From the IMG/VR virus record IMGVR_UViG_3300038463_000594: a DNA stretch of 33,772 bases. The stretch is one strand, 5' to 3'. Below are positions 16,914 to 23,367 of this stretch, piece by piece. The DNA comes from a virus. A program made the translations under genes and the position numbers. Numbering within the stretch: the stretch's first letter is position 1; each line of letters starts with the position of its first letter. The notes beneath the pieces were generated by a model, which was not told where the DNA came from, made no database searches, and saw nothing but the letters and a program-made list of their open reading frames with translations.

Positions 16914-17143
16914 CAGCAGTTTTCATCATTATCATGTAAGGGGAATCCATGCTGATAATATTCATCTTTATGTTCAATTATTCCCGACAGTCCGAAGCTC
17001 TGTCCATCTTCATAATTACTTACACACGTCCTACTGCAGAACTCTTCTTTCTCAAATGCTTTAAACTTAAACACTTCGTCTTTTAACTTCGAGAAGCATG
17101 AATAACATTTGATAGAGTTACGAGATTTAATAGTTAAATACAT
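16904..17143 (-). CDS. Small Zn-ribbon protein (C-x2-C ... FCS-x2-C type)
   Basis: 79 aa. KCYSCFSKL...EEFCSRTCVSNY. AAAGGAAAAAG SD. Confidence 0.65.
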   Translation of the reverse strand: MYLTIKSRNSIKCYSCFSKLKDEVFKFKAFEKEEFCSRTCVSNYEDGQSFGLSGIIEHKDEYYQHGFPLHDNDENCCKR

Positions 17144-17164
17144 CTTTTTCCTTTGTTTTAATTA

Positions 17165-17192
17165 TTGACTACATTAATATAACTGATATAAT
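17165..17192 (+). promoter_or_regulatory. Rightward early promoter 1 (drives HTH paralogue 1)
   Basis: TTGACT-16 nt-TATAAT. Confidence 0.6.
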
Positions 17193-17204
17193 TAATATTA
17201 TCAA
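17176..17204 (-). promoter_or_regulatory. Leftward early promoter 1 (drives the Zn-ribbon...erf operon), overlapping the rightward one
   Basis: Minus strand TTGATA-17 nt-TATATT. Its -10 lies in the spacer of the + promoter. Confidence 0.5.
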
Positions 17205-17242
17205 GATAAATGTGATAATTAACATAAGCATAGGGGTCATCG

Positions 17243-17458
17243 ATGGAATACTTTGAAGAAGAAGAAATAGAGGCGCATGAATTGCGTAAGAGATTGTGGA
17301 AACTGGTTAATAATTCTAAGTTAAGTCTCAATCAGCACAGTAAAGGCATGGGAGTTAACGGAGGTACTCTTACTAACTTTCTCAAGATGAGGATTGAGAA
17401 TCCTGCATATCATACACTGGTAAAGATAAAGAATTATTTAGAAGCTCAAAAAGGATAA
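17243..17458 (+). CDS. Small HTH (Cro/CI-like) regulator, paralogue 1
   Basis: 71 aa. LSLNQHSKGMGVNGGTLTNFLK...LVKIKNYLEAQKG. Aligns with 19075..19284. Confidence 0.6.
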   Translation: MEYFEEEEIEAHELRKRLWKLVNNSKLSLNQHSKGMGVNGGTLTNFLKMRIENPAYHTLVKIKNYLEAQKG

Positions 17459-17460
17459 TG

Positions 17461-17610
17461 ATGTTTGATAGAGAAGATATCACCTATGCAATGAAACTTA
17501 TTGTAGTGAGTATATTTTTGCTGTTCTTCTCTATCACTACGTTTGTTGTCGTGGGATCATTTTTTCTGTATATACTTTTTTACTTACTCTTGTACGTCGT
17601 TATGCGCTAG
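17461..17610 (+). CDS. 49-aa double-TM micro-protein coupled to HTH paralogue 1 (tentative)
   Basis: MFDREDITYAMKLIVVSIFLLFFSITTFVVVGSFFLYILFYLLLYVVMR. The AAAGGA encoding the QKG end of the HTH gene serves as its SD. An alternative ATG is at 17458. Confidence 0.45.
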   Translation: MFDREDITYAMKLIVVSIFLLFFSITTFVVVGSFFLYILFYLLLYVVMR

Positions 17611-17763
17611 GGGTGCTTTAGTGCCCATTGGCTTGCGACGAATAACACGTTTTTTGATGATTGGTGGTATGGCGGGAGAAGATTGGCTTACCTCATCCCC
17701 TTTTAGGCGTAATATAATTATTCCTGAAACTATAAGTACCAATATTAGGGTGCTGTATATCAT
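17584..17763 (-). CDS. 59-aa membrane-anchored basic protein, below the ORF-track cut-off (tentative)
   Basis: GAGGAATACG-ATG. MIYSTLILVLIVSGIIILRLKGDEVSQSSPAIPPIIKKRVIRRKPMGTKAPLAHNDVQE. Last gene of leftward operon 2. Overlaps the convergent micro-ORF by 27 nt. Confidence 0.45.
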   Translation of the reverse strand: MIYSTLILVLIVSGIIILRLKGDEVSQSSPAIPPIIKKRVIRRKPMGTKAPLAHNDVQE

Positions 17764-17790
17764 CGTATTCCTCGAGCATAACTTATCTTT

Positions 17791-18069
17791 TTATTCATAC
17801 TTATTTACTGGTTTTTGTTCAACATCGTATATTATTGTTACTTTTTTGGTCTTATCTTTTGGGCGTATCGATACTTCTATTTTTTCAAAGAAAAAATACT
17901 GAGAAGGATGTATAATTAATGTTTCATCTTCCTTAACAGATGCGACTAATGTGCCATTTATGGTTATGAATACAGTTTCATTTGAATTATTTAATATACC
18001 CAACATTTCATTATCATTTAGTCTTTCAACAATTAACTTTTGTTGTAACCCTATTTCTATATTATTCAT
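17791..18069 (-). CDS. Early orphan protein
   Basis: 92 aa. Follows hairpin copy B. Confidence 0.65.
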   Translation of the reverse strand: MNNIEIGLQQKLIVERLNDNEMLGILNNSNETVFITINGTLVASVKEDETLIIHPSQYFFFEKIEVSIRPKDKTKKVTIIYDVEQKPVNKYE

Positions 18070-18081
18070 ATATCTTTCTTA

Positions 18082-18133
18082 GGCGGGGACCGCCATAAGC
18101 AGTGAAACGGTCCCCGCAGTAGTAATGAAGTCT
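18082..18133 (-). repeat. Conserved intercistronic hairpin element, copy B
   Basis: GGCGGGGACCGCCATAAGCAGTGAAACGGTCCCCGCAGTAGTAATGAAGTCT. Perfect 10-bp stem GCGGGGACCG/CGGTCCCCGC and 15-nt loop. Confidence 0.85.
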
Positions 18134-18321
18134 CAATTGTTAAGGGGCATCAATGCCTTGTCGATGATCGTATAATATTTTGTAATAGTTTCAATATCTC
18201 TGATGTAATTATCCAATCTGCTCTTGTCGCTATTGAGTTTCCTCTGGCGCTCTTCAATCAACTTAGTTTCTCTTTCAATGAGCGCCTTAAGATCATCAAT
18301 CATCTTCTGAATATCTATCAC
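18133..18321 (-). CDS. Small coiled-coil early protein
   Basis: 62 aa from GTG 18321 (AAGGA SD), or 56 aa from ATG 18303. Heptad-rich (DDLKALIERETKLIEERQRKL). Confidence 0.6.
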   Translation of the reverse strand: MIDIQKMIDDLKALIERETKLIEERQRKLNSDKSRLDNYIRDIETITKYYTIIDKALMPLNN

Positions 18322-18703
18322 TTTTTTCCTTATGATATAAGTTTATAGAGTTATCCCAGTTTTTTATTGCGTTGGATAAGACTAAATCTTCCTTTTTCAT
18401 CTTGGTTTTTCTTATGGGCTCTCTTATTTCTTTCTTTTTATTCTCCCACACTCTCCATTGATACAGCTCTCTCATCATCTTCTCCATACGAGGGAATGTT
18501 CGTATGATCCATTGGTCCCATGGACGAACCGCATGGGCGATGCGAGCCATTTTACTGTACATATCAGTTAAGTTATCCTTATCTCCATAGGGACTTTGCA
18601 TCAAGATATTGAATTTATCCGCAAGATCCATTAGTTCATTAACTTTAGCATTGAGAAACTCTTCTGTTTCAATGATTGACTTGTTAATTAGTTTCATAAC
18701 CAC
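18296..18703 (-). CDS. Early orphan protein
   Basis: 135 aa, helical and charged. I recognise no motif. Confidence 0.7.
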   Translation of the reverse strand: MVMKLINKSIIETEEFLNAKVNELMDLADKFNILMQSPYGDKDNLTDMYSKMARIAHAVRPWDQWIIRTFPRMEKMMRELYQWRVWENKKKEIREPIRKTKMKKEDLVLSNAIKNWDNSINLYHKEKSDRYSEDD

Positions 18704-18713
18704 TCTCTTTTAG

Positions 18714-18986
18714 TTATTTATTACATGGACAGCTAGCGCAGTGAGAAATAGCATTAACGGGAAATTTAGGCAACAATGCGAAATATGTTGGTTCAGGTAT
18801 TTCATGCTCATCATCATGAGCGTAAATAGATAGTTGCCATTTTGGTTTATTGAGGCGCTCATCTTCTGACCATAGTGCTACGGATACACTCCCTCTATGA
18901 TAAATAAGTACTTCTATCCCTTCTTCTGGATAGCAATCGCCTATTTTAATCCATGATACTGAACTTACTTTTTCTGTATTAACCAT
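18714..18986 (-). CDS. DUF551-like early protein
   Basis: 90 aa from ATG 18986 (AAAGGA SD 8 nt upstream). SWIKIGDCYPEEGIEVLIY...VALW...LLPKFP fits the DUF551 pattern. The ORF-track TTG at 19022 would sit at the predicted transcription start. Confidence 0.55.
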   Translation of the reverse strand: MVNTEKVSSVSWIKIGDCYPEEGIEVLIYHRGSVSVALWSEDERLNKPKWQLSIYAHDDEHEIPEPTYFALLPKFPVNAISHCASCPCNK

Positions 18987-19008
18987 TTTATTGTCCTTTA
19001 TGTGTTTA

Positions 19009-19037
19009 TTGACTTTACTCAATTACTAGATTATCAT
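19009..19037 (+). promoter_or_regulatory. Rightward early promoter 2 (drives HTH paralogue 2)
   Basis: TTGACT-17 nt-TATCAT. Confidence 0.55.
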
Positions 19038-19055
19038 ATTAATATAATAAGTCAA
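19028..19055 (-). promoter_or_regulatory. Leftward early promoter 2, overlapping the rightward one
   Basis: Minus strand TTGACT-16 nt-(TGA)TAATCT, with an extended -10 TG. Confidence 0.45.
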
Positions 19056-19074
19056 ACAATATATAGGATAATTA

Positions 19075-19284
19075 ATGAATCGATACGACTTTATCACCAA
19101 CCAGAATCGTGAAGCTATTGTTAAAGTTCTTAAAACGGTAGATATAGCGAGCCTCTCAAAAGAGATAGGCATAAACCCTATAACACTCAAGTCGTTCGCT
19201 TCAGGAATGTGGACGCCAGAGATGAAGACTCTTGCAAAGATAGAAAACTATCTTAAGAAACAAAAAGGATCTTATGGTGAATGA
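19075..19284 (+). CDS. Small HTH (Cro/CI-like) regulator, paralogue 2
   Basis: 69 aa. ASLSKEIGINPITLKSFASG...LAKIENYLKKQKGSYGE. Confidence 0.6.
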   Translation: MNRYDFITNQNREAIVKVLKTVDIASLSKEIGINPITLKSFASGMWTPEMKTLAKIENYLKKQKGSYGE

Positions 19285-19477
19285 TTATATATTCAACGGC
19301 ATTATGGGTACGTTAGGAGTTCTGTTAGTCATAATGATTATTAACCATGTGCGAGATTATCGTATGACTAAAGCGCGCATAGAGATATTGGCGACCAAGG
19401 AGATCATGACGCCAGAAGAGCGAGCGGAGCTGAGTGATTTAATGAAAAAACTTATGCCCGACAAGAAGGATAGATAA
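19274..19477 (+). CDS. Small single-TM protein coupled to HTH paralogue 2
   Basis: 67 aa. TM helix GIMGTLGVLLVIMIINHV. Its SD is the AAAGGA inside the QKG codons of the HTH gene. Confidence 0.6.
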   Translation: MVNDYIFNGIMGTLGVLLVIMIINHVRDYRMTKARIEILATKEIMTPEERAELSDLMKKLMPDKKDR

Positions 19478-19641
19478 TGAAAGATATATGGAAAGTTAAT
19501 CTCATGACTATGGTTCTCTATATTGCATTGCATGTAGACACTGATCCTTCCATGGAGACCCTTGAGATGGTAGGAAGGCTCGCTATTATAGGCCTTTATT
19601 TGATGGTTATATTTGTATTCGTATCAGAATTAGAGCATTAA
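19477..19641 (+). CDS. 54-aa membrane micro-protein (tentative)
   Basis: AAGGATAGATA-ATG overlapping the previous TAA (TAATG). MKDIWKVNLMTMVLYIALHVDTDPSMETLEMVGRLAIIGLYLMVIFVFVSELEH. Confidence 0.45.
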   Translation: MKDIWKVNLMTMVLYIALHVDTDPSMETLEMVGRLAIIGLYLMVIFVFVSELEH

Positions 19642-19645
19642 AAAA

Positions 19646-19662
19646 GGGAGCTTTTCGCTCCC
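19646..19662. terminator. Short GC hairpin after the HTH2 mini-operon
   Basis: GGGAGC-TTTTC-GCTCCC, with AAAAA upstream. The U-tract exists only for a minus-strand transcript. Confidence 0.4.
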
Positions 19663-19735
19663 CCTAACGCGCTCTTGCTTAAGTCGGAAACTTATATTAG
19701 CATAGAGCAATTGATAATAACGTTTAGAAAACAAT

Positions 19736-19762
19736 AAAGAGAACTTTGAACGAGTTCTCTTT
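19736..19762. terminator. Perfect 10-bp hairpin just upstream of the rep-like gene (terminator/attenuator candidate)
   Basis: AAAGAGAACT-TTGAACG-AGTTCTCTTT. T-rich on the 3' side in both orientations. Confidence 0.45.
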
Positions 19763-19785
19763 ATATCCAAGCAACAAGGATCATC

Positions 19786-21210
19786 TTGTTACATGTAGAA
19801 AAGAATAAACCAAAACATTCACGAAGTCAACAAGAGGCTCGACTAAAGGGTTATAACCTTCTAGCTCACGAGTTTAATGACAAAGAGCATATCGATGATG
19901 TCAATATGCGCCTCCAGAGCATATATCCAGCTGCAAGAGATACATACTCCTTCCTCGTCAAACAATACGCCCTCTATGGTAAATGTTTTCCCTCAGTTGA
20001 TACTATCGCTCGGCGAGGTAGAGGAAATGACTACGTAGTGAGTCCTCGTACTGTTCATCGTCACCTTAGACTTTTAGTTAAGGTTGGATTGCTTCACATG
20101 CAATATCGCCACTTTAAGACATCGCTCTATACAATTGATGCATGGTTTATGAAGAACCGTGATTTCTTTAGGAAGTATCTCCCCTCAGTTGCCTTCCTCA
20201 GCCTATCGTTACTTCTCAGTTCTGTAGATGCTTTTGAGGGCCGTGTCATACAGAATAAATATAAGTTAAATACCAATACCTCTTCTTCACTTATTTTTTC
20301 AAAAAACAACTTACCACTTAATAAGTTTAGGGTAAGTGATATGTACGTTACTAAAAAAGGACTACTAATGAACTCTATCCCACCGTATATCTTAGCTATA
20401 ACTGAACTTAACTTAGAGCCTGCTGGCGCTATAGAGCTTTCGGCGTTCAGTGAAGCCGACATTCTGTATGGAAGAAAGGCTCTCCAGAAGCAAACAGTTA
20501 AGTTGCTTAACCCCTTTGCATGGTTGGTCTCAGTCTGCAAGGTAAGTGCTACCAATGCCGGTAGACAGCCTAACTGGGTGCTCGTCAACCAGATGAAGCT
20601 TATTGCCGGCGTTACGGATAAGTGTTTAAGATATACAGAAGTAGAGGGAAGATCAGAACTCAGCCCTTACGGATCTTCGTTCATGAATAACAATTATAAA
20701 AAGAGTTCCCACAAGGGGAAGGTCAAAGATGTTGCTTACGAGCCATATAAGCCGGTGGAAAGAGTGGCTGAAGAGGATCCCTTGGTAGCAGCGTTCAAGG
20801 TTGCCAAAGCCGTGTGTACGGTCAACTATTACTTCGGCAACCCTTGGTATGATAAGCTTACCCATGACCAAAAGGTATCATTGCACCAAGAATATCCAAC
20901 GTATGCACGTCTGGCACACGTAAATTCTCCTTCAGTTGAAAGTTTGTCTAAAAACAACTCTACTAACTTAGACTTAGAAGATGAATCGATCTGGGTTGAG
21001 ATTGATGAGATAGTGAGTGGCATGTCTAACTTCAAGCGTGAGCCATTAGACGAGGCCAGCTTGCCCCTATATACCGTGGAGAAAGATGAGTTTGATGAGA
21101 TGGTTGAGCGGTATGTTTCGCGGCCAAGCGAAGGAGGTAGAAATTTGTCACGATCTCATTTCCAACCGATAGGAAATATTCTAGAATCGGTGTTAGGAAC
21201 TCAACCGTAA
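19786..21210 (+). CDS. Replication-initiator / DNA-binding protein candidate (N-terminal winged-helix)
   Basis: 474 aa from TTG (AAGGA SD 5 nt upstream). The first in-frame ATG is 40 codons in. CFPSVDTIARRGRGNDYVVSPRTVHRHLRLLVKVGLLH looks like a wHTH. It is the only large early ORF. Confidence 0.45.
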   Translation: MLHVEKNKPKHSRSQQEARLKGYNLLAHEFNDKEHIDDVNMRLQSIYPAARDTYSFLVKQYALYGKCFPSVDTIARRGRGNDYVVSPRTVHRHLRLLVKVGLLHMQYRHFKTSLYTIDAWFMKNRDFFRKYLPSVAFLSLSLLLSSVDAFEGRVIQNKYKLNTNTSSSLIFSKNNLPLNKFRVSDMYVTKKGLLMNSIPPYILAITELNLEPAGAIELSAFSEADILYGRKALQKQTVKLLNPFAWLVSVCKVSATNAGRQPNWVLVNQMKLIAGVTDKCLRYTEVEGRSELSPYGSSFMNNNYKKSSHKGKVKDVAYEPYKPVERVAEEDPLVAAFKVAKAVCTVNYYFGNPWYDKLTHDQKVSLHQEYPTYARLAHVNSPSVESLSKNNSTNLDLEDESIWVEIDEIVSGMSNFKREPLDEASLPLYTVEKDEFDEMVERYVSRPSEGGRNLSRSHFQPIGNILESVLGTQP

Positions 21211-21225
21211 AAAATTGGATGTATT

Positions 21226-21525
21226 ATGAATCATAAAATAGTAACGATGGTCCTCCTCCTCTCTAGTATCCCGCATGTAACAGTGCGGGGTGTAATCACT
21301 GATAAGCCGGTAGATACTTTTGACATTGTAGAAGATCAAGATGAAGAAGAAGCAGGGTGCTGTTATGAAGCTGCCATGCTTAATATTGATTATGCTACCC
21401 CTGAAGATCTGGTACAAGATGTTGTTGATATAGCGTGCTATGCCGTGAACAAGATTGCCGTTATAGAAAATAGGCAAGAAAGCTTAGAGAAAAGAGTTTC
21501 GGTGCTTGAAGGAAATATTAAATGA
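21226..21525 (+). CDS. Small protein with hydrophobic N-terminus and C-terminal coiled coil (i-spanin-like? tentative)
   Basis: 99 aa. MNHKIVTMVLLLSSI... and ...IENRQESLEKRVSVLEGNIK. Confidence 0.55.
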   Translation: MNHKIVTMVLLLSSIPHVTVRGVITDKPVDTFDIVEDQDEEEAGCCYEAAMLNIDYATPEDLVQDVVDIACYAVNKIAVIENRQESLEKRVSVLEGNIK

Positions 21526-21806
21526 ATAATAAAATACTTATAGCACTTATTCTATCAACTACGTCTGGGTGCTCGCAGGATCTTTATGATTATTCGGCTG
21601 TATGTGAGCCACATATTGACCACATCGTTCGTAACTTAGATTACTTGTCTGATAATAATTCTCTTATGAAAGAAACGATAGGCAAACTTCGTGAAGAAGT
21701 GGATGAGTTACAACATCATGTAACTTTTTTGTTAAAGAGAAATGCCGTGTTGGAATCGACGGTGCTGAGATTATGTGAGGATATGACGACGTTAGAAGCT
21801 CGATAA
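21522..21806 (+). CDS. Putative lipoprotein with coiled coil (o-spanin-like or exclusion lipoprotein? tentative)
   Basis: 94 aa. MNNKILIALILSTTSGC (signal plus Cys, atypical lipobox). ATGA overlap with the previous gene. Confidence 0.55.
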   Translation: MNNKILIALILSTTSGCSQDLYDYSAVCEPHIDHIVRNLDYLSDNNSLMKETIGKLREEVDELQHHVTFLLKRNAVLESTVLRLCEDMTTLEAR

Positions 21807-21830
21807 CTTTATGCTATATGAAGGGATAGT

Positions 21831-22226
21831 ATGAATGGAAAGAGGACATACGTTATTAAGGGTGCTCCTATTGCGTGGAAGAGGTCTGGGCGCCAAGGCA
21901 ATTACTATTATGATTCACAGATATTTGAAAAAGAAAGAGCTCGTATAGAGATGCTCACCCAGGATCCTTATGAAATAGTTCAAGGCCCTATTTATATAGA
22001 CTTAACGTTTTACTTACCTATTCCTTTGTCTATAGGAAGAGTAAAGCGTGAGCTATTAGAGGGTAAGCCCCATGATAAAAAACCTGATCGCGATAATCTT
22101 GAGAAGTTTATTTTTGATGCGCTACGTGGTGTTCTTTATACCGACGATGCGCAAATAGCCGATGGTATAGTTCGTAAGATATATTCTTTAGAACCCCGTA
22201 CCGAGATCGTAATCTATAAACTCTAG
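21831..22226 (+). CDS. rusA: RusA-family Holliday-junction resolvase
   Basis: 131 aa. KPDRDNLEKFIFDALRGVLYTDDAQI is the RusA signature region. Confidence 0.85.
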   Translation: MNGKRTYVIKGAPIAWKRSGRQGNYYYDSQIFEKERARIEMLTQDPYEIVQGPIYIDLTFYLPIPLSIGRVKRELLEGKPHDKKPDRDNLEKFIFDALRGVLYTDDAQIADGIVRKIYSLEPRTEIVIYKL

Positions 22227-22234
22227 GAGCTTCT

Positions 22235-22591
22235 ATGGAACTTGTACAATCCCAAGCAGATTTCTCTCTTGATGTTGCAAAACTTATATCGTTTATACAC
22301 GCCCAGAACTATTACTGTACTTTTGGCGAAGCATTCCGGACGCCAGAACAAGCTGCTATCTATGCACAAGAAGGGAAAGGTATATCAAAATCACTCCACA
22401 CTAAGCGATTGGCTATTGATCTTAATATCTATGATGCTAAGGCTAACCTTCTTACTGATAGTGCCGACTATGAGAAGTTTGGTATCTTTTGGGAATCACT
22501 TAATAAGACTAATAGATGGGGTGGCTACTTTGTGAGTAAATATGGTGGGCATATCGTAGATGGCGATCATTTTGAGAGAAATGTTACATGA
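22235..22591 (+). CDS. Endolysin, peptidase M15 (VanY / L-Ala-D-Glu peptidase type)
   Basis: 118 aa. SLHTKRLAIDL (H-x6-D) and DGDHFE zinc-ligand motifs. Confidence 0.8.
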   Translation: MELVQSQADFSLDVAKLISFIHAQNYYCTFGEAFRTPEQAAIYAQEGKGISKSLHTKRLAIDLNIYDAKANLLTDSADYEKFGIFWESLNKTNRWGGYFVSKYGGHIVDGDHFERNVT

Positions 22592-22662
22592 GGAATATGA
22601 TTATATTTATTGTGTTTATTGTAATTACTGTTATTTATTATATCAATATCGTTAATAAGTAG
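22588..22662 (+). CDS. 24-aa hydrophobic micro-ORF overlapping the endolysin stop (tentative)
   Basis: ATGA overlap. MRNMIIFIVFIVITVIYYINIVNK. Confidence 0.3.
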   Translation: MRNMIIFIVFIVITVIYYINIVNK

Positions 22663-22670
22663 GAGGTATA

Positions 22671-22898
22671 ATGGATAGTGGTATAGAAAAGATGTTAGAA
22701 GAATATCCCAAATTCCTGTCATCACAAGACCTTATTGATTTAGGTATTTATAAATCGATAGATTCTTGCTATATGAGTAGAGTTCGACTAGAGGGTCCTC
22801 AGTGGATAAAATTAGGACGTAAAATACTTTACCCTAAGAATTTATTAGTTGAATTCCTCACAAGTCGTATGATGAAAAAGAGGAGGAGTAATGGATAA
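22671..22898 (+). CDS. Excisionase/AlpA-type (MerR-like) HTH protein preceding the terminase genes
   Basis: 75 aa. GGAGG SD. FLSSQDLIDLGIYKSIDSCYMSRVRLEGPQWIKLGRKILYPKNLLVEFL fits the HTH_17 pattern. Confidence 0.5.
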   Translation: MDSGIEKMLEEYPKFLSSQDLIDLGIYKSIDSCYMSRVRLEGPQWIKLGRKILYPKNLLVEFLTSRMMKKRRSNG

Positions 22899-23367
22899 AA
22901 AAAGAGAGAGTAGCAAAGAGATAACTAATGTGTCAAAAAGTGAGACTCCTTTTAAAACCGCTAGAGATATGCTTTCTTGGAACACTGTTAATTACTCAGA
23001 AAAGCTCATAAATAAGATATGTGAAGATGTTTTAGAATGGAGTCGAAGAGATGACGCTGAAGACATGTTAAGTTTCTTTAGGATTTATGGAATTCCTCGT
23101 CAAAAGTATTATTTCTTGAAAAAGAGAAACGATAATTTGTCGCAAGTTCATGAAATAGTTCTTGATAATATAGGCGAGAGGCTCCAAAAAAAGGCACGAT
23201 ATAAAGACTTCAATTGGGATAATAAAGCAGTTATACCCGTCCTTAAGATTTATCACCCTGACTGGAGACAGGTATGGGAAGAAGATCAAGCAGCTCAAGC
23301 TAAACTTAACGAAGCAGTAGAGATACATATGAAGACCTATCATGACCAAAATAATAAACCTGGATAA
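22891..23367 (+). CDS. terS: Terminase small subunit candidate
   Basis: 158 aa, immediately upstream of and overlapping terL. Helical and charged. The call rests on position and size. Confidence 0.55.
   Translation: MDKKRESSKEITNVSKSETPFKTARDMLSWNTVNYSEKLINKICEDVLEWSRRDDAEDMLSFFRIYGIPRQKYYFLKKRNDNLSQVHEIVLDNIGERLQKKARYKDFNWDNKAVIPVLKIYHPDWRQVWEEDQAAQAKLNEAVEIHMKTYHDQNNKPG

Noticed and set aside
16522-17064. 180-aa + strand ORF
   Set aside because: Antisense shadow of two well-supported minus-strand genes in an extremely AT-rich stretch. Low-complexity I/S/F/L product, GTG start, no SD.
17543-17902. 119-aa + strand ORF
   Set aside because: TTG start without SD. It overlaps the better-supported 59-aa minus ORF (17584..17763) and the 3' end of 17791..18069. 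Hydrophobic junk-like product.
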